A DNA stretch of 61,568 nucleotides, filler included, from Choristocarpus tenellus KU-1152 (Eukaryota; Protista; Phaeophyceae), in assembly GCA_964200185.2 (NCBI GenBank). It is 12 parts of 12 records of this genome, joined end to end, with 100 filler letters (N's around TTAATTAATTAA, not from the genome) between each part and the next. Parts side by side here need not be neighbours in the genome. Positions count along the whole stretch, not along the records: positions 47,668 to 52,446 come from CAXNAD020013093.1; positions 52,547 to 56,044 come from CAXNAD020019628.1; positions 56,145 to 58,684 come from CAXNAD020026937.1; positions 58,785 to 61,568 come from CAXNAD020024794.1; 8 more parts are not named here. The stretch is one strand, 5' to 3'. Positions 49,776 through 61,568 of the stretch are shown one piece after another. The notes under the pieces are model-generated. The model searched no databases. It saw only the letters and a list, made by a program, of their open reading frames with translations, and had not been told where the DNA came from. The translations under genes and the position numbers were made by a program. Position 1 is the stretch's first letter, and each line of letters begins with the position of its first letter.

Positions 49776-50176
49776 AACCCATAGAAAACCATTCAAATGT
49801 CAGAATAACCAATAAAAAAGTAATAGTTGTCGTAAATGTGAAAGATATTAATCTATATTCTATTTTACTGCCAGCTATGCTAGCTACACCACTGCCTTCC
49901 TGTGCCTCCAGCCTAGCTTAGTCCTGCACCCCAAGGTAAGTCGCTAGGGAAGCATCCCAAGTATCTGATAGGCCCCTCCTTGCCCATCTCCCTGGTGTCT
50001 CCAGCTTAAAATATGTGACATGTCCTGATAGAGCTACTTGTGTTGTGACAGAAACTATCTGTCATAGACGGGCTTCGACGGTCCCTTTCCTCCTGCAGCC
50101 TCCAGCCTCTCTCCCCCCTACCTTGTGCGTAACTAACTCATCTAGAAAACTTAAATGTGGAAGACCAGGGTTGTTC

Positions 50177-50559
50177 TGTCATCATACCGTTATTGCCATA
50201 TACCATACACCGTCATACCGATTGAGGTTCCTTGTCAGGAATCCCGGATTCCAGTGGAGGATCTTTAGTGAGATTGAGGCGTGGAATCTTTTGAACAGAC
50301 CAATCCCACAGGTAGTGGATATCTCTTCAATCAGAGATGCCGAACTTCAAATACTCTCTTTGTTGTCACATCTTGACTTTCTGGTGATCCGCTCTCTCAT
50401 GAGACCCTCCCCGCTCTGCAGCTTTTTACACCTTTCTAACGTTAACCTCGCCCTCTCAGTTACAGTTCGTCTTGGTCCATCTGGTCCCTCTTTCCCGGTG
50501 ATTCTCTTCACCACCCCTACCTGAGTGAACCACGCCACCACAAAATACTACAATTCACA
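50177..50559. mobile_element. Solo-LTR-like repeat, diverged subfamily (TG...CA, 383 bp)
   Basis: TGTCATCATACCGTTATTGCC…ctgagtgaaccacgcc…ATTCACA, homologous to 8469-8800. Confidence 0.65.
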
Positions 50560-50899
50560 AAGTACTACACAATTTTTGTTTGCTCTTTACCTATCTATAC
50601 TTTTTGCACCATGGGCTGACGGAATACCATCCCTTTCCCCTGATTATTACCTCGTTTTCTGCTCTATGTATGTAGGCGTTGGAAGGTGTCCATCTCTTGT
50701 CCTCAGGAAGATACCACAATTATGGTCGGCAGGCTCTGGTTGAAGATGCCCAGAGGTGTGGAGTTGGGTTTCTCATTCTGCTTTCAGTGAGGTGAAATAC
50801 ATGAACACAAGCAGTTGCGTTTGCAAATTAAGTCATCCTCCCCTCCCCCCCCCCTCCCCCCTCCCATATTTAGTTGGCGTCGCCTTTTGTATATATGTT

Positions 50900-51800
50900 T
50901 GCCTACCATCTCAACACCCTCCCAATTTGCAACCAACCGAATCTGACTCTCCATCCAGCACGTAACACACACCCTCTCCATTGAAGGCCCCCTGTAATTT
51001 TTTTCTTGAACAGGGGTAGTTATAACTCCACTGGTGTAGTGCTTGATTTTTTGCATTCCCATGCTATACTGTCGACATTTGTAAGCCTTCATATCTTGCT
51101 TGGAGTGTATGCCCATCACAATGTAACCTCACAATGGTGAGCAAACAGAGCTGTGTCATGAGGATTCTTTTCATCACAATGACTTTGTTCATTGTGATGA
51201 GTTGGCAAGTGGGACATGAGTAAAGCAGGTCAAAGACCCAAATCACCCAATGGTGTCAAATTCCTGAGGGTGTTGTTACCTGCAGTACCTACCGAGGGAG
51301 GAGGAAAAAGAAAAAAAAGAAAACCATACACTTTTCCAGTGACACAGGCAACTTATCGGTGCCCTGTGCATAGGCATCAACTCCTGAATGCCCTCCAGTG
51401 TAAAGACCTTTGGTAGCAGAACGTTCTGCTCTCAAGCGTTTGCCTAACCATTCCACCTTGTCCACATGCACCGAGTCGATAATGTCTAGACATGGATATT
51501 GGATTTGATCGAATGAGAAGAAACGATATTGGGGCGTATGTATCGGAAGATTCGTTGGTTTCCTATTGTAAATGGAGGTGTTGCTAGCCGGCAGAGGCCT
51601 TTGGTCATCCCCAAACCAATGTGGACGAGCCAGCACGTAGACCTTCGACAAGTTTTTTTGAGTGATACGTATCGTGTAGTGACCGATCTTGGGCACACCC
51701 TGGATCGATCACTGCTGTAGACACAGATCTTGATATCCGTTTTGAAAGTGTCGGAATCTTGGCACAAGGCGATAAACACACCAGCTATTCATAGCATCAA
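50900..51800 (-). pseudogene. Ty3/gypsy RT-RNase H relic
   Basis: Ordered fragments IKICVYS (cf. R.CVDY), DKVEWLG, VRLHCDG (cf. F.LHTDAS) and QEKNY…MERVCVTCW (cf. EKNYS..ELE.L.V.W). Confidence 0.55.
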
Positions 51801-54539
51801 CTCTTCAACCTACCATGGCCAGTATCATGTGCCCTTCAAGGGTTGTGTTTCGACTGTACTAGCTGCAAAGAGAGTACCAAACGAATCCACCTGCAACCGA
51901 AACAGGTCTGTGATTAGCTCAGACTCCCAGGGTGCAAAAAGGTGTCTGATTATAGATGCAACATACTGGTCATGACCGCCCAAGGGAACCGGTGAACTAG
52001 GCCGCAGAAGGATGCCCCAGTTATCCGGCCCTTGGGGTCACGATCTGCCTCCATTAACAAGTGCACGTGCTAGTTTGCAACACTCGAAAATGAACACAAA
52101 ATCGATGCTGCGAGTTAAGACACTTACTGTGCAATATAGACTAGTAGTCTATATGGTTTATAGTATAAGAGTGAATGAAGTAATTTAACTTGAACTTATA
52201 AGTGACTTACCTAGTGTAACTGTCACAAACATGTTCAAACATATTTCTGACGTGTTTGATTACGAATGAATTAGATAACAAGGGAGAGCACCACCCCCCA
52301 CCTTGAGGATAGTGCTCACTCCGCTAATAAACAAATCCATACCACATAAAGCAAAATACTCTGAGTAACTCTCTTTTGCATAGGTTGTGAGCCTCAGTGG
52401 TATGGAAGTGGACCCCCCTAAGCTGCCACTATGGAGTGGAGCGCGGNNNNNNNNNNNNNNNNNNNNNNNNNNNNNNNNNNNNNNNNNNNNTTAATTAATT
52501 AANNNNNNNNNNNNNNNNNNNNNNNNNNNNNNNNNNNNNNNNNNNNTTTTTTTGCTACGCCTGGGATCTCTCGTTTGACCTGCTGGTTATCACAGCTCAC
52601 CACGCGGGCGAAAGAGTGGGGTGTTCGTTGTTAGGGGGGGGGGAGGTATAACAATGGCGACCAACCACTACTCAAATACGCAAACATACGTTGGTGACAT
52701 TTTGCTGTACTGCATTACTCAGGTGTTGTGCACTGTCATCTCCATACATTCCTACATACATACAGAAGGTGCTGTGGTAGATTTGTCTTGTCGTTTTTGC
52801 TGCAGGTGTGCCAACACGAAAAGTACATGAACGATCAATGCAATCAACTGGATGGATGCTGTCTATTTTGAAGTTGCTATCAGTACCAAACCTTTCTAAT
52901 TCTCGAGTTATATGTCTAGCTCTAGACCTTTCTGTACCTCTGAAGTTGAAGTTCTGATTCACAACAAAGTCAGAATGTTCGAATACTGCAATTCTTTGTT
53001 CTTCACCTTCACTGCCGATGATTCTACGTAAATAGGTTGTGTTTCATTTACGCAGGATATTCAAGTAGTGAGTTGTTTATATATTTACTTTCCTGAACCT
53101 ATTGGAAGGGCAATACTACACCACACCACATCATTTACACCTTTTTCTTCCTAAAGGGCCAATGATGCCTAAGCCTTGGAATTTGGATTTGAGAATTGAT
53201 TTTTCTTTGCGGAATTTGTTCAAGACTGGATGACGATCTGTTCGCGAAGATCTTGAGTATGTGAAGTTGTTGCAAATATTAGCTTATGAATCCAGAATTC
53301 GTGAGCAAAGCAAGACGACAACAATGAGAGGCAACCAATAAAGATGTAGATGTAGGTATCATATTAGCATCAACTGTGGGCCACTGATATGTTTTTTTTT
53401 GTTCAATCATTTCAGTTGTATCCAATGCGAGATCAAAGTGCCTTAACCTCGGCTGGCATTTTAAGAGTTAACGTGTGTAGAGTAAGCAAGTTCTTGGTTG
53501 GAAGTATATTTTGCGCGTTTCCGCCATGAATTTCGAAATTGCCCGTCATCTACATATACTACGCATACGTTCTGAATTTGATCTTTATCGAATAGAAGGA
53601 GATTACTCTCTCATCTCTAAGAAGTAAAAAGGAGAAAGGGAATGCCAAAAAGTAAAACAAATACATGGATTCGATGCCCAGAACAGCTGGGCCCTTTGAG
53701 GAACTGAGGGTCCCAACATCAACAACAACAGCAATAGCAGCGTCCCTCAACAAATATATTGAAGGAGCTCTGATACAGACAAATGTTTGTCAAAAAAGAA
53801 ACGAAAAACTTGAGGATGTCTCCTCTACCTTGAAAAGATATCATGGATACGTCACAGATAGATGTATGTTGTATGTGTCCAACAAGTCATCTGGATGGAC
53901 CGTCCTCGAATTGCTATCAAGTACTAAAAAAAATACATGTGATACACTCACTCCTCATTGCTGCTTGTAACAAATTGAGCACGGTGTGTACTGTGAACGG
54001 AAAAAATATATATAATATTTTTTTTAATGAATCCTTTTTTACTTGTATCAAATTGTTGGGATTCAACAGCAAGATTATTCTATTCCTTCTGGAGAATTGT
54101 GCGGGTAGATAAAGTACTCCAAATTCTTTGTCAGAAATGTTTTAACAGGGTTCGGTCATTCATCTACCATCTGTTGGGGAGTTACATATATGTAATATAT
54201 TGAAACTGCACCATGGGGGTTTATCTTACCGTGTCTTGCTGGGGTATCGGTTGCCTCATTTTGGAAAGACATCACATATGAAGGTGATTTTTGGTAGGTG
54301 GCACTTGCAGAAAGTTAGAAATCCCAAGGGTTGAGTTTCTTCCTCAGAGATGCAAGTGCTAGATCGTTGGACATAGTCTGCAAGAAGAGGATGACATGGA
54401 TAATAGAGAGGGGAAGAGGAGAGGAACCTCAATTCAGTGATGCAATGACTAGCAAGAAGAGAAGTGCACGGATGAGAACAAGGTACGTGTCAAACATCTC
54501 ACTCATCAACAGATAAACCAATTTGTACCTTAGAGTTCC

Positions 54540-55060
54540 TGTCGGTTTCTCCAATATAATGGTTGGCCTGCTGCGGTTGTTGTTGTTTATCCGGTTTTTG
54601 GAGGTGTTTGATCTGTGGAGACTAGCTTGATGTGGTGCTGCTGGCATCATCTCTTTTTCTTTGATTGACAATGAATTGATGGGAGGATGGAGTGGAAGAA
54701 TTCAATTTTGTTTACCTATTTGTAGTGGAGGGAAGATGTGTAGGTGACACAAATAACTGGTTGAAGGTGGATGAGAGAGGTTTATGCTGGGATTCGAAAC
54801 ATTAGCCAGGCAGAGCAAAGTATGTGAGAATTGATCAATACAATAATTCATAGAGTTGCAGCCAGCTAACAACTCAGTCCCATTCAATATGATGACGAAG
54901 TCATGGAAATGTAGATATTTCCAGGCTCATCAAGTGGCAATAACAGCATCACACCACCAGGAACAGTCCCAGCATAACTTTTCCAGATGGAGAAATCTTC
55001 AACACCAGGATCTAGGGTTCAGTTGATCTGAACCTTGGAGCTATTTGTTCGGTGTATTAA
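54540..55060 (-). pseudogene. Ty3/gypsy integrase relic
   Basis: GVMLLLPLDEPGNIYISM and TELLAGCNSMNYCIDQFSH match 'GLL.PLP.P..PW..ISMDFIT.LP.S.G...I...VD.FSK'. Confidence 0.55.
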
Positions 55061-55820
55061 ACCTACCAGCTCAGTTCCGTTTTTAAGCATCTCGCGCCAT
55101 CAAAACAAAATCCAATTCCACATGTGTTTCCTACGCGGTGAGGAACGGAGAGGCAAGGTCTCGTTCCATCCAAGCACATCAATACAACCAGCAGTACATG
55201 GTACCTTTATCGACAACCAATGATATGCATGTCATATATTCAAGTCGAAGAGTAGAGTATAGACCCAAGATGTGACGGCATAGACGCCTCTCACCCACTA
55301 ATTACCGTCTCGACTCGGAGTTTTTAAACTCGCTCAAGTTTCGGGGAACCGAACGAACAAAGCTCAGTCGAGTAGAACACAGCATCCAACTCCAACCTGC
55401 TCTACACGCCCAGAAAAAAGAGGCGAGGGGGGAGTAAGTCTAAGTTATGCGATTAAATCCCATGATTAGATTTGTTGTTAACAGATTTTTGTGTAGGCTG
55501 GACGCTCTACCCACCGCATTTGTTTGTTGGAGCTACTGATGCTTACCCCTCTTTATTGTTTCTTGAAAGTACGTTATCCGTGGTTGGGTGTCTACGAATT
55601 CGGTACCACTTCGACATGATCTCACCGCACCTTCCAAGACCCACGTTTTGTAGCCAAATTCCCCAACCCCATGTTCAAATATGCAATTTGGATCAGGAGT
55701 TTCTGAACCATCAACCCCTACTGTAATGAGTGTTTGTGTTTTAACTCAAACTTAAACCGAAAATCAAATTGTTTGACCTGGCACGTAAGACACGCGAGGA
55801 GGCATATATTTCGATGTGTG

Positions 55821-56044
55821 TGTGAATCGTGTGATTCTATGGCGGCGTGGTTCACTCAGACAAGGGTGGCAAAGAGAATCACCGGGCAAGACGGACCACA
55901 CGAACAAGGACGAACCGTAACCGAGGGTACGAGGTTAAGGTTGGATATTGCAAACTTAGGAGTGATGAAGCACCATCTTATCAAAGATGGTGCTTCATCA
56001 CCATCAGTCAAGACGTGAGAATAAAGTGCATCTTCCATGTGTGA
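55821..56044. mobile_element. LTR-like repeat copy (truncated by the contig end)
   Basis: tgtgaatcgtgtgattctatggcggcgtggttcactcagacaagggtgg…, close to the reverse complement of about 8580-8800. Confidence 0.7.
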
Positions 56045-56336
56045 NNNNNNNNNNNNNNNNNNNNNNNNNNNNNNNNNNNNNNNNNNNNTTAATTAATTAA
56101 NNNNNNNNNNNNNNNNNNNNNNNNNNNNNNNNNNNNNNNNNNNNCCCTTCTACTATGTATCACAACAACAACATGCTGCCTGGAACGCTCTGAAAACATC
56201 GTCATGGATTAAACTCAACACATGTTGTCGCCACCATCACCCGCGGCAGTTTTTACTATCCACCACAACAAATATGTGTACTCGGCTCTCAATATACACC
56301 GCTCCTTCTCCAAGAGGCCTACGAGTTATACTTTAC

Positions 56337-58326
56337 TTACACGAATAACTGCCACATGCTTGCTAATCCGGTGTCTTTACATTTCCTAGCACCGTGACGG
56401 GACCGAACGTGTGCAGCGGTTAACCTAATCCGCGTGTTTGTCTCCAGCGTTTGCGAGGTAGGGTGCGTTCTCTTCCGTGCCGCTGTACTGCTCCGTCCTG
56501 TATTCGCTTCAAGGATTGGTCCTTTCACGGCCGTCTGCAAGGGCACCCCCGTACATGCACCTGCACCGGCAGACGCCCCCCTCCCCTCCCCCATACCGAG
56601 GTCCCCCTTCTCTTCATCGTCCTCGTCGTCCTCGTCCTCCTTCTGCTCCTTCTCCTCCTCCTCCTCCTCCTCTTCATCCTCCTCCTCCTCCTCCTTCTCT
56701 TCATCCTCCTCCTCGTCCTCCTCCTTGTCATCGTCGGTGGTGTCCTCCTTTTCGTCCCCATTCTCCCCCCCCCTCTCCTCTCCTCGTCCCTTGAATTTTG
56801 TCTTCCGTCCTTCTCCTACAAAACCCCCCCTTTCCCTCGCCTCGATAGCAGACCGTAGAACTGTCAACACCTTGGTTGGAATCTTTTTGCCGTTCCCAAC
56901 AAGTTTGTTGCAGGTCAAAACAATACCCGCCACAGGTTCCCAGCTTACATCTTTAACCCACTTCGGTTTCCCAGTTCGCCCGGATCAATCACCAGCGTGT
57001 ATGTAGCCTTCGACAAAAGTACTTTTCCGTACGTTTCAACGGTCAGAAACGCGGTGTTGTCACGTGTGTGGTCACTGGTTGGCCGAAGCCAGTGAAGATC
57101 CACCTCACGCTCCCCGTTGTCGCTTACGCGCTCTGCTAGGATCTTGACGACCAAGAGCGGCGCCTCCGTTGCCACAAAAAAGGCAAACCTGCCTTCCTGC
57201 ACGGTGACGAGGTTTCGATCGTTTGCTGATCTCAAGATAGCATGAGGCCAACCCCGTCGACAGAAGCCAGCTTCTTCCGTGTCACTGTTGGATGAGGAAG
57301 AGTCTGTTTCCTCGAGTCCGCCGAGATCATTGTCACTGCTTATGAGATTACCTCCTCCACCCGAACGTTCGCCCTCATCGGTGTCTTCGACATCACTGGT
57401 ACCAGTTCCAGTGCCATCGTCATCAGTGGGAAGAAAATGGACTGGGAGGTCGAACTCTCGTTCCCCTGTCTTTTGAGAAGCCGCACAGACTTGCTTTGTT
57501 CGTGTTTCGCTCTCTGAACGGCTTCATCGTCTGTGAAGGTGGATGGCATGAGCATGAGAACATCAACGGTATGGAAACATGAATGTGACTTTGTAACCAG
57601 CCGTATGGTTGCACGAAGGCACTCGGGGAGCATGTAGTGAAAGGGAGGGTCTAGATTTCGTCGGATTCGTCACTGTTGAGTACAAGACCGGTACCCTCAA
57701 AACAATTATCGCCGGTAATCTATAGTACTTGTTTATCATGACACGCGATGATCACTACGCATGAGAATGGATTTTTTTCAAGGTTATTTTTGTAAAGGCT
57801 GTAAAGGCTGCCTCATACAGAACTTGCACCAGATTTTTTTGGCTGCCACCGAATACAAAATTGGCCATCAGCTCCCCTTACGAAATGTTCGACTTACCCA
57901 GTGGGTACGCAGCAGCGAGGTGCTCGTGTGACGCCTGGTATCGCTGCTCCACCTTCAGGATGACGTCTTCGGGAACGCTCTTGAGCTGGTAGGAGGGTGC
58001 ATCTTGGAGACGAGGTGGGTGGCTGATGAAGAGGTCGTGCGGTGGGGCTCTGGGGTCGATAGCAACGTTGGCGCCTATCCCATTCCATTCGGTGCTGTGC
58101 ATGTATTGCTTTATGCAAACCTTAACCCGCCCATCACCTCTGTTTTCAACGCAAAAAGCCCTATAGCTCGTGATGTTGGGAACACGGTTGACGCGACCAC
58201 GAAGGAGTCCCTTGAAGTTGCCCTCGTTCCGTAGGGTCTTGCAGTAGACTGGAACCTCCGTGTAAGAGGCCTGCAGCTCTTCACCCAGCTGTGTTCTTGT
58301 GAAGATGTTTTTCCCTTTGATACCAC
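56337..58326 (-). pseudogene. Sola/DUF7869-like transposase C-terminal region with long extension, frameshifted
   Basis: The exon after the acceptor ttcacaag (58327) encodes IKGKNIFTRTQLGEELQASYTEVPV…NFKGLL…NITSYRAF…DGRVKVCIKQYMHSTEW. This matches the segment that follows the 'GHTHEDID' catalytic motif of this family (recalled). Downstream pieces 57633-57340, 57235-56945 and 56933-56337 join only through frameshifts. Confidence 0.55.
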
Positions 58327-58448
58327 TTGTGAAAATGAAGGTGAAATGCAAGCAAGTTAATTTTGAGGCAGGTGCGAAAGAAACGTGGGCGAGACGCACG
58401 TGTGCTTGTGAACTTTCAAACCCATAGAAGACGCAATGTTAGAATAAT

Positions 58449-58553
58449 GAGTGAAAGTATATTAGAGGGTACGAGTTTTGCCCTGTTTGTCCATTTGGGA
58501 CTTGGCTTCCCACGGGTTTTAAATGACATTTTACCTACTCCAAAACATTTTGG
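58449..58553. mobile_element. MITE family A, truncated copy
   Basis: GAGTGAAAGTATATTAGAGGGTACGAG…cctactccaaaacattttgg. Confidence 0.85.
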
Positions 58554-58837
58554 ATTTTTGTGGACAGATGATGCTAGGCGTAGCTACAGGGAGGACGAAG
58601 AGCTTAGCCAAAAGTCGTGTTAAGAATATGCTTTTTATTCTTGTGTAAAAGAAGACTCTATAGAAGAAACAATTTAAGAATGAANNNNNNNNNNNNNNNN
58701 NNNNNNNNNNNNNNNNNNNNNNNNNNNNTTAATTAATTAANNNNNNNNNNNNNNNNNNNNNNNNNNNNNNNNNNNNNNNNNNNNTACAAACGCAAGGAGC
58801 CAAGCCTGAGTGCATTCAACACAGGAGAAAGGGAGAA

Positions 58838-58884
<47 letters not shown>

Positions 58885-59393
58885 GAATAACTGGCTCCTC
58901 GTGAAGGGCAGGCCCGGTTGGACTCGTCAATCTATACCACCAATTTTCCAAGCACAAACCCTAGCTTTGGTCAAGACAAAGAGCCCTTCCATACGACAGT
59001 TGATACAAACTGATAGGCAAGCAAGACTTGCTACAACATTTTGATACCACATCTATCTACAACACAACTGCATCTCTCCATTACTTCATACAATTTTTCT
59101 TTCAATGAGCACAGATCGTCACCGTTGCTAATAATCCCTCTAAAATTATGCTTGACATGAGCTTGACAATCTGTTGCATTCACTAAAACTATAGTGTTTT
59201 AGGTACCTAGAAAATAGTGCCCACGACAATTTTCACACCTACTCACAAAAAACATGTTCTTAATGTTCTTCAAACATGTTCACCCACTATTATGAAATTA
59301 ACAAGACAAGGAGACAGTCAACTATATCAGCAACTTACATGCAAGGATGACGACAACAACACCTACAACTTTGACAACGTAACATGTGATCTT

Positions 59394-59654
59394 GAGTGAA
59401 AGTATCTCAGAGGGTACAAGTTTTGCCCTGTTTGTCCATTCAGGGCTTGGCTTCCCATAGGGTTCCTTTATGACATTTTCCTGCTCCCCAATGTTTAGGA
59501 GTAGGTAAGGTATATATGTTATGAAAAGGTGCGTCCGGAACATGGATGTTGACAATTCCTAACAAACACGATAGCCAAAAATTATATAGAAATTACAACA
59601 TTGGATTTTGGGCCCCAAATGGATGCGGCTCTACCCTTCAAGATACATTAGCTC
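59394..59654. mobile_element. MITE family A, complete (261 bp), 3-bp flank repeat CTT
   Basis: GAGTGAAAGTATCTCAGAGGGTAC…CTACCCTTCAAGATACATTAGCTC, with CTT on both sides. Confidence 0.9.
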
Positions 59655-59956
59655 CTTCACTCGATCAAATAGTCTAGCCACAGCGTCAACCTGAATTCCC
59701 AAGCACAAGACTGTAAGTCAATGAATCCAAACCTATTACTTCGTAACACAGTAACCACATAAAGGTGCACTAAACAGCTGATGTGCAACTCACTATCTTC
59801 ATCGTGGTTGACATATGATTCAAAGTCACAACAACATCGATCCTTAAGCTTCAATCTTCTTCACCTCCTCACCCCATACTTACACATTAATTTCTGGCTT
59901 TGAGTTGTTATCTGACTTTGTCAGTCCTTGGAGATAATGAACCCATTTCCATGTTA

Positions 59957-60285
59957 GAGCCAAAGTATCTTAGAGGGTAGAGCCGCGTCCGTTTGGGGGT
60001 CAAAATACAATGTTGTGATTTTGATATAATTTTGGCTATCGTGTTAGTTAGAAGTGTCAATATCTATGTTGCGGACACACTTTCATAACAGACACATTTT
60101 ACCTACTACGAAACATTTTGGAGTCGGAAAATGTCATAAAAAAACCCATGGGAAGCCAAGCCCCACAAATGTATACATTTTACCTACTACGAAACATTTT
60201 GGAGTCGGAAAATGTCATAAAAAACACACGGTCCGACAAATGGACAAACAGGGAAAAAATCGTACCCTCCAAGATAGTTTCACTC
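59957..60285. mobile_element. MITE family A, opposite orientation, internal duplication of about 50 bp, no TSD
   Basis: GAGCCAAAGTATCTTAGAGGGTAG…GTACCCTCCAAGATAGTTTCACTC. The block acattttacctactacgaaacattttggagtcggaaaatgtcataaaaaa occurs twice. Confidence 0.9.
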
Positions 60286-60897
60286 GGATCAGGGGGGAGA
60301 CCTTTGCCCCAAGTTTCCCCTATTCCTACCCCTCCAGATGGTTGGATCCCTCCATATCTTCTCCTGTTTGCAGTGTATAGACCCCCATCCAATGATGTCC
60401 TCCAAGACTTTGACATGAGTATGAGTGAGGGACCCCCACAAGAAGGGTCCATATCCTGTGACTTCAGCAAGGATGGGGGGTCAGTGGAGTCCTCTTCAAT
60501 GGAGGATGTGGAGGCAATGAGGAGGTTCAGGCTAGCAGCAAACCCAGGATCGAGGAGTCAACAGCAGCTATGGAGGGCTGCTGAGGAGGACTTGAAGTTG
60601 AAAGCAGAGTCAAGGAAAAAAAATAGGATGGGCGACCACATTATTATTGCCCTCGTATCCACATTGGATGATGCGTCTAGAGACATGAGGAGACATATAG
60701 AAATGATGGAAGAAAAGGCTACTGCTACGGGAGATAGGAAGAAAAAGATGGAAGATAGGCGCAAATTTGACGGAATGCTCAAGACTGCTAAGCAAGCTTG
60801 GCGGGCTTTTGAGAAGAGTGGTGATACTGTTCGAACAGAGTTCTGTAGGAAACGGTACAAATGTAAAATACCAATTCTACCATTCACTATCACATAA
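60286..60897 (+). pseudogene. PIF/Harbinger accessory (ORF1) gene, C-terminal part, 5'-truncated by the MITE
   Basis: Open frame of about 200 codons (PPDGWIPPYLLLFAVY…, then a charged coiled-coil) converging on the transposase 52 bp away, which is the usual two-gene Harbinger layout. No Myb/SANT domain is visible, so identity is inferred from position. Confidence 0.5.
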
Positions 60898-60949
60898 AGT
60901 GTCAACAGCACAAAATGCAAAGCACTGTTTGACAAGCAAGATCCCATCA

Positions 60950-61545
60950 TCAGGACCTCATCCAAACAACCTCTCCATTTTCTTCCTTGTACTTGTAGTG
61001 TGCTATGAGCTTATTCCTAAACTCATCAAATCCCATCTCCCTCCCCACATACTCTTCAGACCCCCTTCCCCCCTGGTCCCTTGGCATGACCATCCGTGTG
61101 AAATCAGTGTAAGGGTCAGCGTAGAAACCATCATGCAGACCAGCATCCCCTGTCCAATTAGTGTTGCAATCCAACTCTCCAAGGCAATTATATGAATGAC
61201 GCATATTTTGCAATATGTAGCAAGTAAAGAATATGTTAACTATCTTCTTCCTGTGCGAATATAGTAGTGCCAGCTTGAGGATTCTGAAGCGGCCTTTGAC
61301 TCTGCCAAAAACGCACTCGACATCCTTACGTACACTCTCCACTCGTTCGCTCCACCTTGCCTGTGCCTGTGTGACAGATGCCCTCAGGGGGCATATTGTG
61401 CCCCTCCTCTGCAAATGCAAAGATCGGGTTGGGCAAAGGAATGTTGACTTGCCCCTTTGATGAGCACTCATTTTCACAGGAGCTAATCCTAACGTAAGCA
61501 TGGCAGTACAGTCACGTTTTTCCTGCCACCTTGTGGTAGCTATTC
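60950..61545 (-). mobile_element. PIF/Harbinger DDE transposase, C-terminal half (spliced, partly decayed)
   Basis: WSERVESVRKDVECVFGRVKGRFRILK…IVNIFFTCYILQNM is the DDE_Tnp_4/Plant_tran signature. A 121-nt GT-AG intron (61529-61409) joins SYHK to RRGTICP (cf. DxGYHKW). Confidence 0.88.
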
Positions 61546-61568
61546 GATTAGACTCTTCCAACTCTATC

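Noticed and set aside
51355-51390. GGHSGVD as an integrase H2C2 motif
   Set aside because: It lies between RT and RNase H fragments, the wrong position for integrase, so it is probably a frameshift by-product.
56434-57006. Poly-Ser, poly-Leu and poly-Pro ORFs on the plus strand
   Set aside because: Antisense shadows of the minus-strand poly-Glu (GAG)n tract.
56945-57235. 'VIDPG' as a RuvC-I motif of TnpB/Fanzor
   Set aside because: It appears only after a frameshift out of the likely true frame, and no zinc finger or RuvC-II/III motifs follow.
60118-60285. N-terminus of the 259-aa ORF with a repeated LESENVIK
   Set aside because: Translation of MITE sequence and its internal duplication.

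Overview
Eukaryotic nuclear DNA, not a contiguous locus. It is 12 short contigs (about 2.5-12 kb) joined by an artificial 100-bp spacer (N44-TTAATTAATTAA-N44) at 9050, 13794, 25647, 32477, 37348, 40406, 44248, 47568, 52447, 56045 and 58685, so neighbourhood only means something within a contig. Intron-rich GT-AG genes, a bipartite 'IAAF' plastid-targeting peptide, kinesin-light-chain-type TPRs and TTAGGG tracts suggest a photosynthetic stramenopile, probably a brown alga or close relative (inference). Genes I could rebuild by eye with phase-consistent exons: a 6-exon plant-type PEX22, a divergent 3-exon plastid GNAT-like gene, partial genes for a multi-pass membrane protein, a TPR protein and a JmjC/cupin protein, and a spliced ParB-like (CTPase-fold + HTH) gene carrying one in-frame stop. 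Most of the rest is a transposon graveyard: Ty3/gypsy and Ty1/copia pol relics, solo-LTR-like repeats, an RLE non-LTR fragment, a two-gene PIF/Harbinger element, a Sola/DUF7869-like transposase relic, and at least four MITE families with mostly 4-bp TSDs. Many old repeats show CpG decay. The most interesting item is the intron-containing ParB-like gene, which sits behind a TIR end and 270-bp tandem repeats. All family assignments come from recalled motifs; no database search was run.
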